Source: Puniceicoccales bacterium (lineage in GTDB: Bacteria; Verrucomicrobiota; Verrucomicrobiia; Opitutales; JAIRKQ01). From it: a stretch of 63,777 nucleotides of DNA. The notes beneath the pieces were generated by a model that worked only from the letters and a program-made list of their open reading frames with translations, was not told the DNA's origin and did no database searches. Shown here one piece after another: positions 27,675-38,653 of the stretch; the stretch's first letter is position 1; every line of letters starts with the position of its first letter. The position numbers were made by a program, and so were the translations under genes. The stretch lies in NCBI GenBank assembly GCA_031269795.1, contig JAISYR010000006.1, positions 1 through 63,777 of the forward strand, written 5' to 3'.

Positions 27675-29612
27675 ATGGACAAAAATGTTCCAAATGTAGA
27701 AAAGCCGTTTGTTGCGCCGTGGTCGATGTTTATAGCTTCCTTTGTATTTATGCTATTCGTCCTGTGGCTTTCCCACCTTTCTCTTATTGCATCTTTTGCA
27801 GATTTATTGAAGGGAGTGACTACCTATAACCTATCAATGTTTGTGCGAAGAGCATGGCAATTTGATTGCCGCATTGGGGGAATGCTGATTTTCCCGTTTT
27901 TCGTCACTTCTTTGTTTTTCTGTAAATCGGAAAGGTTGCAAAAAAAATTATCAAAATTTTTAAAATTCGTCGTTGCATTATTTACGTGCATAACGGTTAT
28001 CCTGGCCGTCATCGAGATCGGATATTTTAAAGAATACAATGATAGATTTAATTTTTGGGTTTTTAATTTTCTGTTCGATGATCGAAAGGCAATCCTATCG
28101 ACGATCAAAAAAAGCTACAATCTATTGGGTGTATCGGCGATCATAATATTTGTATCTGCTGGTTTGACATTTTTTTATCGGAAATTGGTTTCAAAGATCA
28201 CCCTAGAAAAACATAGAAACGCTTGGACTATGCTAATTTTCACCCTATTTATAGGCACATTCCTCATAGTCGCAGCCCGTGGTTCCGCGTCTAGCCGTCC
28301 TCTCGAACAAGTCGACGTTGCCATAACGGGCAATAAATTTCTTAACAAATGCGTACCAAATGCATACTATGCCATATACTTTGCGTGGAAAGATTTTCTA
28401 CATTCAAATGATGTCAAGTGCATACAAAAATCGTGTTCCCGTGAACATGTGCGAGCGGCATTGATGCTTTTGGGATCTCCGACCGATGACATTGACAGGT
28501 TTATCTCCCACACCGCAAATGGCGCAAAGTTATCCAGGAAACCGAAACATATTTTTTTAATAGTCATGGAAAGCCAGGATAACTGGCCATTTCTGCCCGA
28601 AAACAGCGAATTAAACCTGTGCCCGAATCTTGCGAGACTAGCCAAGGAAGGTTTATACTTCAAAAATTTTGTCCCCACCGGCCAAGGGACGATGTCTGCC
28701 ATAGCTGTGCAAATGTGTAATTACCCCAACATGGGTTTTCTAATTAATTATTCAAAAAATGGGCTAGAAAATTGTGAACTATCCGTGGGGACCCTATTCC
28801 AAAGGTTGGGCTATGCGACAAATTTTTACTATGCCGGGTATTTGAGCTGGCAACGCATAGATCGATTTGCACCCATACACGGCTATCAACATTGCTATGG
28901 CGGGGATGTAATGGGAACCTACGAAGGAAATGAATGGGGAGTGAACGATAAGGATCTTTTTGCATTTGTGGAAAGGAATTTTTCCCCAGATACGGATGAT
29001 TTTAACTTAATTTTGACGGCTTCCAACCATTCTCCCTATAGCGTTGATCTAGTTAGTGAAGGTGTTCCTCTGGAACATATCGCTAAATATGTCGATGGTC
29101 AAAAAAAAGTAAAATATCTCGGCCATGCCTGGTATGCAGATAGGTGTGTGGGAGACTTTATAGGTGCCATTGAAAAACTTACCGACGATGCCATATTCGT
29201 GATAACCGGTGATCATTTTTCGCGAAAACATCGAAGATCGCAATTTTCTTTGTTCGACGAATGGACCGTCCCCCTAATTATATACGGAAAAAACTTCAAC
29301 GAGGAGTTGAAGAGATATTTAGTCCATGCTGGTAGTCAGGTCGACATTGTTCGGACGATAGTTGAATTGGTGGCGGAAAAAGGTTTTGACTATGCAAGCT
29401 TTGGCAAAGATCTACTATCCGACGGCGAGATTTGTGAAGGTTATTGCACGGGAGTTACCATAACAGACAAATACATTGTGACCAATGATAATAAAAATAT
29501 TGGGATGATTTCGGACTGCTCAACATCGGTAAGTGAGAGCGAACGGGAAGGTGTCATATCTCGGAACCATGCATGGCAAACCCTCGCAAAGTGGAAATTT
29601 TTCCATTTCTAA
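27675..29612 (+). CDS. LTA synthase-family / phosphoglycerol-transferase-like sulfatase-fold membrane protein, paralogue 2
   Basis: Same architecture as paralogue 1. Motifs IVMESQD, PTGQGTMSA, ASNHSPY, TGDHFS. Starts 4 nt after paralogue 1 ends. Confidence 0.75.
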   Translation: MDKNVPNVEKPFVAPWSMFIASFVFMLFVLWLSHLSLIASFADLLKGVTTYNLSMFVRRAWQFDCRIGGMLIFPFFVTSLFFCKSERLQKKLSKFLKFVVALFTCITVILAVIEIGYFKEYNDRFNFWVFNFLFDDRKAILSTIKKSYNLLGVSAIIIFVSAGLTFFYRKLVSKITLEKHRNAWTMLIFTLFIGTFLIVAARGSASSRPLEQVDVAITGNKFLNKCVPNAYYAIYFAWKDFLHSNDVKCIQKSCSREHVRAALMLLGSPTDDIDRFISHTANGAKLSRKPKHIFLIVMESQDNWPFLPENSELNLCPNLARLAKEGLYFKNFVPTGQGTMSAIAVQMCNYPNMGFLINYSKNGLENCELSVGTLFQRLGYATNFYYAGYLSWQRIDRFAPIHGYQHCYGGDVMGTYEGNEWGVNDKDLFAFVERNFSPDTDDFNLILTASNHSPYSVDLVSEGVPLEHIAKYVDGQKKVKYLGHAWYADRCVGDFIGAIEKLTDDAIFVITGDHFSRKHRRSQFSLFDEWTVPLIIYGKNFNEELKRYLVHAGSQVDIVRTIVELVAEKGFDYASFGKDLLSDGEICEGYCTGVTITDKYIVTNDNKNIGMISDCSTSVSESEREGVISRNHAWQTLAKWKFFHF

Positions 29613-29777
29613 ATTTTGTTACCTGCTATCATTTTCACAAACCAAGCTTCCACCGTTGCGTATTTCGAAGTTCAAGTTGTCAAAGAAAGTGCGGTTTTTC
29701 ATAAAAAATACTTGCTTTGTCGATGACTTTTAATTCTACTCACAGGGAGATTAAAAAAAGTAAATGAAGGTAATTGA

Positions 29778-30155
29778 ATGCCGACGATTAATCAGTTGAT
29801 AAAAAGACCTCGTGTTCGAAAGGTTGCGAAAACTAAAGCTCCATCCCTCGATCAAAATCCATTCAGGCGGGGAACGTGTATCCAGGTTATGACACGTACG
29901 CCGAAAAAGCCGAATTCAGCCGTGCGAAAAGTCACAAAGGTTCGTTTGACGAATGGGAATGAAGTCATTGCATACATCCCCGACGAGGGACATAAGCTAC
30001 AAGAGCACAGCGTGGTTTTGGTTCGTGGAGGACGCGTAAAAGACTTGCCGGGTGTGAGGTATCACGTTGTGCGTGGGGCTCTCGACTGTTCGGGGGTTGA
30101 AAAGCGTCGTAGAAGTCGTTCGAAGTATGGAGTTAAACGTCCTAAACAGAAGTAA
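29778..30155 (+). CDS. rpsL: 30S ribosomal protein S12
   Basis: [12 protein letters not shown]..., [32 protein letters not shown]. Confidence 0.97.
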   Translation: MPTINQLIKRPRVRKVAKTKAPSLDQNPFRRGTCIQVMTRTPKKPNSAVRKVTKVRLTNGNEVIAYIPDEGHKLQEHSVVLVRGGRVKDLPGVRYHVVRGALDCSGVEKRRRSRSKYGVKRPKQK

Positions 30156-30177
30156 TTTTTAACCGAGGAATGATAAA

Positions 30178-30651
30178 ATGTCTCGTAGAAGAAAAGCTGT
30201 AAAGCGCCAAATTGAAAAGGATCCACGCTATGGTAATACGTTGATTTCCCAGTTGGTTAATATGATAATGCAGAGGGGGAAAAAGAACCTAGCTAGGTCG
30301 ATAGTCTACGGTGCCATTGAACGTGTCAGCGAAAAGCTCGGAAAAGGCGACCCCATTGACTTGCTTTTGGGTGCCCTTGAAAATTCACGGCCAAAGGTGG
30401 AAGTTAAAAGCCGGCGCGTTGGTGGTGCGACCTATCAAATTCCCGTAGAAATACCCTATGAGCGTCAACATTCGTTGGTATTTCGGTGGATGATTGAATT
30501 TGCACAGACAAGGAAGGGATTACCTATGAACGAAGCATTGGCACAGGAAATCATAGATGCTTATAATAATACGGGTTCCGCTGTGAAGAAAAAAGATGAT
30601 GTTCAACGTATGGCACAGGCAAATCGTGCATTTGCACATTTACGTTGGTAG
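30178..30651 (+). CDS. rpsG: 30S ribosomal protein S7
   Basis: [20 protein letters not shown]..., [18 protein letters not shown]. Confidence 0.97.
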   Translation: MSRRRKAVKRQIEKDPRYGNTLISQLVNMIMQRGKKNLARSIVYGAIERVSEKLGKGDPIDLLLGALENSRPKVEVKSRRVGGATYQIPVEIPYERQHSLVFRWMIEFAQTRKGLPMNEALAQEIIDAYNNTGSAVKKKDDVQRMAQANRAFAHLRW

Positions 30652-30667
30652 AGGTGGGGATATAGGC

Positions 30668-32815
30668 ATGGCAAAAGAAATTTCGAATGTTAATTCTAAA
30701 AATCGCGGGACTCCATTGGAATATACGCGTAACATTGGAATCGCCGCACACATAGATGCTGGCAAAACCACAACAACCGAACGAATTTTATTCTATACGG
30801 GTGTTGTTCATAAGATAGGGGAAGTTCATGAGGGAACGACGGTTACCGACTGGATGGAACAAGAAAAGGAACGGGGAATAACGATTACATCAGCCGCTAT
30901 TTCCTGCGGATGGAGTACCAAAGAAGGTCCCTATGCTAACATTAAACATCGAATTAATTTGATAGATACGCCGGGGCATGTTGATTTTACCGCGGAGGTG
31001 GAACGTTCATTGCGTGTTCTCGATGGGGCGGTTGCTGTCTTTTGTGGTGTGGCGGGCGTACAGCCGCAATCCGAAACCGTTTGGCGGCAGATGGACAAAT
31101 ATAGTGTGCCGCGCATTGCGTTTATCAACAAGATGGATAGAGTTGGGGCCAATTTTTTAGGAGCGATTCGGGATATTCGCGAAAAGTTGGGGGGAAATGC
31201 CCATCCTCTATTTTTGAACATTGGGTCTGGGGAAAAACTATATGGGCTAGTTGACCTGGTAAAAATGTGTGCCTATGTCTACCGTGATGATTCAATAAAC
31301 GGTGTGCAATACGATACGGTGGACATCCCCGCCGATATGATGGCAGAGGCTAAGCAATATCGGGAATCGTTGGTCGAAGTGCTGGCAGATTTTGACGATA
31401 CGATTGCGGAGAAGTATTTGGAAGGTCAGTCGATAGGGGAAGATGAGTTACACATTGCCATAAGGAAAGCAACTCTCTCCATGAAATTTATCGGAGTTAT
31501 TCCAGGAAGTGCCTTTAAAAATAAGGGAGTTCAAATGTTGCTTGATGCCGTTGTGAATTACTTGCCGAGCCCCTTGGACTTGCCTCCAGTCAGGGCGTTT
31601 AGGGACGATGATAGTAATGAAGAAACATCGATTGTTCCGGACGATGGGGCTAAGGTTGCTGCTCTGGCGTTCAAGTTGATGACTGATCCGTTCGTTGGAA
31701 AATTGATCTTTTGCCGCGTATACGCTGGCCAATTGAAAAAAGGTGAAGTGGTATATAATCCCCGTACGAGGAAATCCGAACGGGTGAGCCGCCTTATTTT
31801 GATGAAAGCAGATGCACGGGAAGATATAGATGTCGCCTATTCCGGTGATATTTGTGCGGTCATTGGAATTAGAGGCGTGGTAACAGGAGATACTTTGTGC
31901 GACAAGGACCTTGATCTGGTTCTCGAACCACCAACGTTTCCAGATCCTGTCATCAGCATGTCCATAGAGCCAAAATCAAAGGCGGATCAAATGAAATTGT
32001 CGCTGGGGCTTCAAAGACTGGCGGAGGAGGATCCAACATTTAGGGTTTCCAGCAATCAAGAAACAGGGCAGACAATTATTTCCGGCATGGGAGAGTTGCA
32101 CCTAGATATCATAAGGGACCGTTTGTTTAGGGAATTTAAAGTTGAGGCCGATGCAGGACGGCCGCAGATTGCCTATCGCGAAACGATTACGACCGAAGCA
32201 ACCGGCGAAGGAAAATTTATTCGACAATCCGGAGGGCGTGGCCAATATGGCCATGCGATCATTAGGCTTGAACCAGCTGAAAAAGGCAAGGGCGTAGAGG
32301 TTGTCAATGAAATCGTTGGCGGTGTCATTCCGAAGGAGTACATTAAACCTACCCAGGAAGGTATTTTGGAGGGGGCACGGACGGGGGTTATTGCAAGCTA
32401 TCCGGTCGTAGATTTTATCGCTAGAATTATCGATGGTAGTTTCCACGAAGTTGATTCTTCGGAAATGGCGTTTAAAATGGCTGGCATTTTTGGTTTTAAA
32501 GAAGCAATGCGCAAGGCAAATCCAATTTTACTCGAGCCTATCATGCGTGTCGATGTCGCCACACCGGAAGAGTACCAAGGAGATATTGTCGGAGATCTAA
32601 ATCGACGCCGTGGACAAATTCAAGGAATAGAGTCAAAGAATAATCTTACGGTAATTTGTGCATTTGTTCCGCTCGAAATGATGTTTGGGTACGCGACGGA
32701 CGTCCGTTCATTGTCAAAGGGACGGGCAACCTATACCATGGAACCTTCCCATTTTGAACAGGTGCCAGCTAGCCTGCTGACAAAAATTATTGAAAACTCT
32801 ACGGGAAATAAATAG
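30668..32815 (+). CDS. fusA: Translation elongation factor G
   Basis: [40 protein letters not shown] 30668 is preceded by GAGGTGGGGA. The track start at 30596 overlaps rpsG. Confidence 0.97.
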   Translation: MAKEISNVNSKNRGTPLEYTRNIGIAAHIDAGKTTTTERILFYTGVVHKIGEVHEGTTVTDWMEQEKERGITITSAAISCGWSTKEGPYANIKHRINLIDTPGHVDFTAEVERSLRVLDGAVAVFCGVAGVQPQSETVWRQMDKYSVPRIAFINKMDRVGANFLGAIRDIREKLGGNAHPLFLNIGSGEKLYGLVDLVKMCAYVYRDDSINGVQYDTVDIPADMMAEAKQYRESLVEVLADFDDTIAEKYLEGQSIGEDELHIAIRKATLSMKFIGVIPGSAFKNKGVQMLLDAVVNYLPSPLDLPPVRAFRDDDSNEETSIVPDDGAKVAALAFKLMTDPFVGKLIFCRVYAGQLKKGEVVYNPRTRKSERVSRLILMKADAREDIDVAYSGDICAVIGIRGVVTGDTLCDKDLDLVLEPPTFPDPVISMSIEPKSKADQMKLSLGLQRLAEEDPTFRVSSNQETGQTIISGMGELHLDIIRDRLFREFKVEADAGRPQIAYRETITTEATGEGKFIRQSGGRGQYGHAIIRLEPAEKGKGVEVVNEIVGGVIPKEYIKPTQEGILEGARTGVIASYPVVDFIARIIDGSFHEVDSSEMAFKMAGIFGFKEAMRKANPILLEPIMRVDVATPEEYQGDIVGDLNRRRGQIQGIESKNNLTVICAFVPLEMMFGYATDVRSLSKGRATYTMEPSHFEQVPASLLTKIIENSTGNK

Positions 32816-32830
32816 AGGAGGCTTTGTTAT

Positions 32831-33172
32831 ATGACAGTAAAAAAAACTAAATCCACCACGAAGCAAAAAATTAGGATAAAACTAAAAAGTTTCGACTATC
32901 GCCTGGCCGACCAGGCGGGTATCGATATCGTTGAGGCTGCCAAACGTTCAGGGGCCAATGTCGCCGGGCCAATTCCGCTGCCAATGAATATTAAAAAGTT
33001 TTGTGTTAATAGGTCGCCCCACGTTAACAAAAAATCGTCGGATCAATTTGAAATAAGGTCCCATGGTAGGCTCATTGATATTTTTGAGCCAACGGCTGAC
33101 ACCGTTGATTCGCTAAAAAAGTTAAATTTGCCGGCGGGTGTTGAAATAAAAATTGATTTAATGGCTGCCTAG
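32831..33172 (+). CDS. rpsJ: 30S ribosomal protein S10
   Basis: [16 protein letters not shown]..., [24 protein letters not shown]. Follows fusA directly with no tuf between. Confidence 0.95.
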   Translation: MTVKKTKSTTKQKIRIKLKSFDYRLADQAGIDIVEAAKRSGANVAGPIPLPMNIKKFCVNRSPHVNKKSSDQFEIRSHGRLIDIFEPTADTVDSLKKLNLPAGVEIKIDLMAA

Positions 33173-33254
33173 TTGAAATTTGTGCTTGCATTTTAACCAA
33201 TGTAAGATTTATAGAAACTAAACCTAAAGCAGGGGTAAAGGCCTGCCGCTTAGT

Positions 33255-33893
33255 ATGGAAGAAAAAAAGAGAAATATTTTAATGATAGGCAAAAAAGCTG
33301 GCATGACGCAGTTGTATAGCGCTGCGGGTGTTTTAGTGCCTGTTACCGTTGTTGAGATGTGTAGGGCGTTTGTTGCCAACGTTAGGACCGTAAATTCTAG
33401 TGGTTATTCTGCCGTTCAGTTTGGTTTTTTTGGGAAAAAAGCAGGAAAGGTTGATGGAAAAAAAGAACTTCCGGCTTTCGACATATTAAAAGAACTTAGA
33501 ATTTATGATGCCGATTCATACGAAGTTGGCACAAGCGTGTCCGTTGATGAGTTTGCGAAAGGCGAACTTGTAGATGTAATAGGGAAAACAAAGGGTAAGG
33601 GGTTCCAGGGAGTTATGAAACGCCACGGGTTTTCCGGTGGACCTGCTTCCCATGGATCCATGTTCCATAGACGTGGGGGATCCTATGGTCAGCGCCAATG
33701 GCCCGGCCATGTTTTCAAAGGGCGCAAAATGCCTGGCCACGCTGGTAATGAACGCCGCACCATACAAAATTTAGAAATTATAGATACGAATGCCGAAAAA
33801 CAGCTGTTAATCATCAAAGGGAGTTTCCCGGGAACGAAAGATGGATATGTTGTTGTTCGCCGTGCTAAAAAGTCATTGGAGAGAAAAAGATGA
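33255..33893 (+). CDS. rplC: 50S ribosomal protein L3
   Basis: IGKKAGMTQLY, GKTKGKGFQGVMKRHGF.GGPASHGS. Confidence 0.95.
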   Translation: MEEKKRNILMIGKKAGMTQLYSAAGVLVPVTVVEMCRAFVANVRTVNSSGYSAVQFGFFGKKAGKVDGKKELPAFDILKELRIYDADSYEVGTSVSVDEFAKGELVDVIGKTKGKGFQGVMKRHGFSGGPASHGSMFHRRGGSYGQRQWPGHVFKGRKMPGHAGNERRTIQNLEIIDTNAEKQLLIIKGSFPGTKDGYVVVRRAKKSLERKR

Positions 33894-34525
33894 AGCTGAA
33901 ATTCTATAGCGGTGATTTTTCTTCCTGTTCGGAAAGTGACATTCCTGGTTTTACATCCTTGGATGAAGGTAAGGGAGTTTCTGCATTAAAACAGTATTTG
34001 ATTGCCCTGGGAGCTAATTTGCGACAAGGAAATGCTTGTACAAAAGACAGGGGCGATGTTTCTGGGACCGGAAAGAAACCATATCGCCAAAAGGGAACGG
34101 GCATGGCACGCCAGGGGTCAAAGCGTAGTCCGATTTGGGTAGGCGGCGGTGTCGTATTTGGCCCGAAGCCCCGTGATTATTCGCAAAAGGTCAACAAGCG
34201 GGTGAAACGCCTTGCACTTATGCGAGCTTTATTGGATAAAGCCCTCGAAGGAACCCTATGTGTAGTTGATAGGCTAACCTGCGATGAACCAAAGACGAAA
34301 AAGTTTAACATTTTGCTGGAAAAAGCATTTCAAGGTGGTTCCATTTTATTTGTCGATGATAATTTCAATGCAAATTTTGTTCTAGCGTCCAGGAATATTG
34401 AGCGTGTATTTATGATTGATAGTAATTCATTGAATGCATTTGATGTGGTGCGTCATGGAAATGTTATAATTAGTGACAATGCAATAAAGGCTGTGATGGC
34501 CCGTTTGGCTGACAACGAGGAGTAA
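33890..34525 (+). CDS. rplD: 50S ribosomal protein L4
   Basis: GTGKKPYRQKGTGMARQGSKRSPIWVGGGVVFGPKPRDY. ATGA overlap with rplC. Confidence 0.95.
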   Translation: MKLKFYSGDFSSCSESDIPGFTSLDEGKGVSALKQYLIALGANLRQGNACTKDRGDVSGTGKKPYRQKGTGMARQGSKRSPIWVGGGVVFGPKPRDYSQKVNKRVKRLALMRALLDKALEGTLCVVDRLTCDEPKTKKFNILLEKAFQGGSILFVDDNFNANFVLASRNIERVFMIDSNSLNAFDVVRHGNVIISDNAIKAVMARLADNEE

Positions 34526-34531
34526 AATTAA

Positions 34532-34822
34532 ATGGAAAACTTTGGGGTCTTAAAAGAAATCTTACTCACGGAAAAATCGAACGCATTGCTCTCGGATAAG
34601 CAACAATATGTTTTTGTAGTTGATTCAAAAACCAACAAGGGACAAATTGCAAGAGCTGTTGAAAAGACGTTTAACGTGAAAGTTGTTAGGGTGAATGTTA
34701 TAAATTGTTGCGGAAGGCCCAAACGTGTTCGGTCGAAATCATCCCGTCGCTATACTTTGGTTGGGAAGAAAAAGAAGGCAATAGTTGTTTTAAAAGATGG
34801 TTATAAGATAGATGTGGCCTGA
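34532..34822 (+). CDS. rplW: 50S ribosomal protein L23
   Basis: LLTEKSNALLSDKQQYVFVVDSKTNKGQIARAVEKTFNVKVVRVN. Confidence 0.95.
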   Translation: MENFGVLKEILLTEKSNALLSDKQQYVFVVDSKTNKGQIARAVEKTFNVKVVRVNVINCCGRPKRVRSKSSRRYTLVGKKKKAIVVLKDGYKIDVA

Positions 34823-34858
34823 TGGCAAAGTAATGCAAAATATGCGAAGGAAAAACAA

Positions 34859-35710
34859 ATGGCTATTGTAAAATTGAGACCAATCACACCGGGACAACGG
34901 TTTTTAGTAAGGACAAGTGTCGATATTTCTAAGACTAATGCCCCCAATAAGAGGTTGACGCAGAGTAAGTTGCGCATAAGCGGCCGCAATTGCTATGGGC
35001 GTATAACAATGCGCAGAAGGGGTGGTGGCCATAAAAGATTATGGCGTGTCATAGATTTTAGAAGGGATAAAATTGATATTCCTGCCGTTGTTGAACGCAT
35101 AGAATATGACCCCAATCGGTCTGCAAATATTGCACTGTTAAAATATGCCGACGGGGAAAAGCGTTATATTTTGGCAACTGAAAAAATGGCAGAAGGGTCC
35201 GCCGTGGTGAGCTCGAATGAGCCCCAGGATGAATACGACGAGGGAATGGCTCTGCCTTTATTTCTAATACCGCAGGGATTAAAAGTTCACTGCATAGAGT
35301 ATGAACCAGGAAAGGGAGCCCAATTGGTTCGGGCGGCAGGGGGAGCAGCCCAATTGGTGGCAATTGATGGCGACAGGGCTACTTTGCGAATGCCAAGCGG
35401 AGAAATTCGATGTATTCATTCCCGTTGTCGGGCAACGATTGGGGAAATTGGTAATGCGGAAAAAGGGAAAACATCCCTTGGGAAAGCTGGGCGTAACCGA
35501 TGGCTTGGTCGACGACCAAGGGTCCGTGGAGTTGCCATGAATCCTATTGATCACCCAATGGGTGGTGGACATGGAAAAACTTCTGGAGGTGGGCATCCGG
35601 TTTCTCCATGGGGACAATTGTCCAAGGGCAAACCAACCCGCAGGAGGTCTAAACCTTCAAATGGTTCCATCGTTGTTAGAAGGAATGGTAGAAAAGTCAG
35701 AAAAAGTTGA
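34859..35710 (+). CDS. rplB: 50S ribosomal protein L2
   Basis: GRNCYGRITMRRRGGGHKRLWRVIDFRR, VRGVAMNPIDHPMGGG. Confidence 0.97.
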   Translation: MAIVKLRPITPGQRFLVRTSVDISKTNAPNKRLTQSKLRISGRNCYGRITMRRRGGGHKRLWRVIDFRRDKIDIPAVVERIEYDPNRSANIALLKYADGEKRYILATEKMAEGSAVVSSNEPQDEYDEGMALPLFLIPQGLKVHCIEYEPGKGAQLVRAAGGAAQLVAIDGDRATLRMPSGEIRCIHSRCRATIGEIGNAEKGKTSLGKAGRNRWLGRRPRVRGVAMNPIDHPMGGGHGKTSGGGHPVSPWGQLSKGKPTRRRSKPSNGSIVVRRNGRKVRKS

Positions 35711-35727
35711 AAGATAGGATATAAACA

Positions 35728-36000
35728 ATGACTCGGTCGAGAAAAAAAGGTTTTTTTGTGGATGTTAGCTTGGCAGACAAGGTTGCTGGAGCGTTGTCTA
35801 CTGGAATTCGAAAACCCATCAAGACATGGTCTAGACGATCCACGATTACGCCAGACTTTGTTGGGTTAACTTTTTTGGTTCATAATGGGAAAAAGTTTGT
35901 TGACATTTATGTAACCGAAAACATGGTCGGACATAAACTAGGAGAGTTTGCACCGACCAGAATGTTTAAGTCGCATAATCCGCATACTCAGAAGGCCTAG
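35728..36000 (+). CDS. rpsS: 30S ribosomal protein S19
   Basis: [37 protein letters not shown]. Confidence 0.97.
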   Translation: MTRSRKKGFFVDVSLADKVAGALSTGIRKPIKTWSRRSTITPDFVGLTFLVHNGKKFVDIYVTENMVGHKLGEFAPTRMFKSHNPHTQKA

Positions 36001-36010
36001 GTAGAAATCG

Positions 36011-36388
36011 ATGAGCAAAGAGACACCAGTAAAAGAACCGGAATGTGCGAAAGCAACGCTGAAATATATTAGGATTTCAGCAAAAAAAGTTCAGGATTTG
36101 GCACGGTTACTGAAGGGTAAGCCTGCCCTTGATGCGATGGCTCTTGTGAAAAGCATTCGTAAAAAATCTGCAAGGTTGATAGGAAGTCTTCTGCATAGCG
36201 CCATAGCAAATGCGGAAAACAATAACAATTTGGCGGCCAATAGGTTGATAGTGGAGTCCGTGATAGTGGAGGAAGGTCCTGTTTTGAGGCGTTTTATCCC
36301 AGCTGCTAAAGGGTCAGCACATCCAATAAGAAAGCGCATGTCGCACATTCGCCTTATTCTAAAGAACATTGATAAAAAGGTAGGTTAA
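36011..36388 (+). CDS. rplV: 50S ribosomal protein L22
   Basis: IRISAKKVQDLARLLKGKPALDAMALV and SAIANAENN. Position between rpsS and rpsC. Confidence 0.93.
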   Translation: MSKETPVKEPECAKATLKYIRISAKKVQDLARLLKGKPALDAMALVKSIRKKSARLIGSLLHSAIANAENNNNLAANRLIVESVIVEEGPVLRRFIPAAKGSAHPIRKRMSHIRLILKNIDKKVG

Positions 36389-36395
36389 ATTTATT

Positions 36396-37049
36396 ATGGG
36401 TCAAAAGGTTAATCCTGTAGTTTTTCGTTTGCCAATTCGGCGTGACTGGCGATCCCGTTGGTTCGCGGACAGCAAAAATTTTTCAAAATTTTTACTGGAT
36501 GATTACAGAATACGTCGTTTCGTCAAGACGAAGCTGAAGTATGTCTCCATTGCGCGCATTGACATTGAGCGTTCCGGAGACAAAGTCCGGGTAAAGCTTG
36601 CGACCCCAAGACCGGGAGTGATCATAGGTGTCAAGGGTAAGGAACTTGATAAATTAACCGATGAATTAAAGGCATTAACCCATTCCGATGTAATAGTTGA
36701 TGTGCAAGAAATAAAACGTCCCGATTTAGTTGCCCAACTTGTGGCTGAAAACGTTGCAATGCAAATAGAACGTCGGATTGCTTTTAGGCGTGCCCTCAAG
36801 AAAGTTGTTCAGTCGGCTATGAGTTTTGGTGCTGATGGCATAAGGGTTCGCTGTTCTGGGAGACTTGGAGGTGCTGAAATTGCTAGAACAGAAGAACAAA
36901 AAGAGGGTTGTGTGCCCTTGCATACGCTGAGGGCTAATATCGACTATGGCTTTGCTGAAGCCAATACGTCCGCAGGAAAGATAGGAATTAAGTGCTGGGT
37001 GTTTAATCAAAAAGAGGAAGTATTTTCTCGAAAAAAATCGGATAAATAA
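36396..37049 (+). CDS. rpsC: 30S ribosomal protein S3
   Basis: MGQKVNPVVFRL, KH-domain GVIIGVKGKELDKL, GRLGGAEIARTE. Confidence 0.97.
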   Translation: MGQKVNPVVFRLPIRRDWRSRWFADSKNFSKFLLDDYRIRRFVKTKLKYVSIARIDIERSGDKVRVKLATPRPGVIIGVKGKELDKLTDELKALTHSDVIVDVQEIKRPDLVAQLVAENVAMQIERRIAFRRALKKVVQSAMSFGADGIRVRCSGRLGGAEIARTEEQKEGCVPLHTLRANIDYGFAEANTSAGKIGIKCWVFNQKEEVFSRKKSDK

Positions 37050-37055
37050 TCTACC

Positions 37056-37478
37056 ATGAGCAATTTATTACCGTCAAAAACCAAATACAGAAAGGTGCAA
37101 AAAGGGCGCAATCGAGGAATTGCCAAAGGAGGCGATACCATTGCATTTGGTGATTTTGCCATACAATCCTTTGAACGGGGAAGTATTACATCTGCCCAAT
37201 TGGAAGCTGCTCGCATTGCCATTAATAGGCATTTAAAGAGAAAAGGCAAAGTTTGGATGCGTCTGTTCCCGCACAAGCCGATTACTAAAAAGCCGGCTGA
37301 AACCCGCATGGGAAAAGGGAAAGGTGGAGTGGAATATTGGGTGTCAATTATCAAGCCAGGGAGTATTATTTTTGAGGTTGCCGGTGTTTCGGCAACGTTG
37401 GCCCGCGAAGCTATACGGCTGGCCGATTGTAAATTACCCGTCCATTGTCGTTTCATCTGCCGTGAGGAACAAATCTAA
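37056..37478 (+). CDS. rplP: 50S ribosomal protein L16
   Basis: LLPSKTKYRKVQKGRNRG, ETRMGKGKGGVEYWV. Confidence 0.97.
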   Translation: MSNLLPSKTKYRKVQKGRNRGIAKGGDTIAFGDFAIQSFERGSITSAQLEAARIAINRHLKRKGKVWMRLFPHKPITKKPAETRMGKGKGGVEYWVSIIKPGSIIFEVAGVSATLAREAIRLADCKLPVHCRFICREEQI

Positions 37479-37489
37479 CAGGGGAAATT

Positions 37490-37681
37490 ATGAAAAATAA
37501 GGATTTTATTGATTTGACCTATCAGGAAATTTGCCAAAAGGAAATGGAGTTGCGTGATGAACTCATACGCCTGAAATTGAAACGCAAGATTGGACAATTG
37601 GAAAAAACTCACAGGTTTTCTGAAATAAGGAGGAATATAGCTAGGCTTATGGGCCTAAAATTACGTCAAAGCAAGGATTAG
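37490..37681 (+). CDS. rpmC: 50S ribosomal protein L29
   Basis: 63 aa, with ELRDELIRLKLKRKIGQLEKTHRFSEIRRNIARL. Confidence 0.9.
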   Translation: MKNKDFIDLTYQEICQKEMELRDELIRLKLKRKIGQLEKTHRFSEIRRNIARLMGLKLRQSKD

Positions 37682-37684
37682 GTT

Positions 37685-37963
37685 ATGGAAAATAAGGACA
37701 GAAGGAATTTTAGAAAATTTTTGGTGGGAAATGTCATCCGAAAGTCGGGTGATAAAACGATAAAAGTTGCTTGTTTTTACAAAATCCCCCATGCCGTTTA
37801 TCAGAAAGAGGTTAAGCGTAAAACGGTCATTTATGTCCACGATGAGGATAACAAATGTGCCGTCGGAGATTCCGTTCGTGTCTTCGAAACGAGGCCATTG
37901 AGCAGGTTGAAACGCTGGCGAGTCGGAAGCATAATAAATACGGCTTCCAATACCAACATATAA
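37685..37963 (+). CDS. rpsQ: 30S ribosomal protein S17
   Basis: [16 protein letters not shown]..., [30 protein letters not shown]. Confidence 0.95.
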   Translation: MENKDRRNFRKFLVGNVIRKSGDKTIKVACFYKIPHAVYQKEVKRKTVIYVHDEDNKCAVGDSVRVFETRPLSRLKRWRVGSIINTASNTNI

Positions 37964-37977
37964 AAGGAACAGATATT

Positions 37978-38343
37978 ATGTTACAGCAGGAAAGTATTTT
38001 AGAGGTCGCAGATAATGTGGGAGCCAAACAGGTCAAAATGATAAGGCGGCTTGGCCAAAATAAGCGAACTGCTACCGTTGGAGATGTAATTATTTGCAGC
38101 GTTCAGTCGAGCATTCCAGAATCTACTATAAAAAAAGGAGCCGTTGTGTCTGCCGTAGTGGTGAGGACTAAGTATCCAATCAGGCGGGATGATGGAAGTT
38201 ACCTGAGGTTTGACAGCAATGCTTGCGTCATAATAGATGACAAAAAGAACCCAAAGGGTACCAGAATTTTTGGCCCAGTAGCAAGGGAATTGAGGCAGAA
38301 AAACTTCACCAAAATAATTTCATTGGCCCTGGAGGTAATATGA
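37978..38343 (+). CDS. rplN: 50S ribosomal protein L14
   Basis: [23 protein letters not shown]... The track ORF (37855) has an upstream extension overlapping rpsQ, so ATG 37978 was chosen. Confidence 0.95.
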   Translation: MLQQESILEVADNVGAKQVKMIRRLGQNKRTATVGDVIICSVQSSIPESTIKKGAVVSAVVVRTKYPIRRDDGSYLRFDSNACVIIDDKKNPKGTRIFGPVARELRQKNFTKIISLALEVI

Positions 38344-38606
38344 AGCAGATACTAAAAAGAGGTGACGAGGTCGTGGTCATAGCAGGAGATGCTAAAAATC
38401 AAACTGGGAAGGTGATCAAGGTTCTACGGGAAAAAAATAAGGTTATTGTTGAAGGTGTTGCCGTTGCAAGGAAACATATGCGCAAATCCCAGGAATATCC
38501 CAATGGAACAATCATTGATAAGCCAATGCCTATTCATTTGTCAAATGTTGCCCGAAAATCGATGGAAAATGAGCCGGGAGATGCGAAGAAGAATAAAAAT
38601 GCTTGA
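38340..38606 (+). CDS. rplX: 50S ribosomal protein L24
   Basis: KOW motif [28 protein letters not shown] overlap with rplN. Confidence 0.93.
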   Translation: MKQILKRGDEVVVIAGDAKNQTGKVIKVLREKNKVIVEGVAVARKHMRKSQEYPNGTIIDKPMPIHLSNVARKSMENEPGDAKKNKNA

Positions 38607-38653
38607 TTTTTGTAGCAATTTTTTTTGGGTGTTTCAAACATAGTGACAAATAG

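Noticed and set aside
37007-37456. 149-aa minus-strand ORF, and similar antisense ORFs across the ribosomal operon (for example 36503..36799, 39405..39791, 39872..40312, 40692..41099)
   Set aside because: They are antisense to unambiguous ribosomal protein genes, with no independent support.
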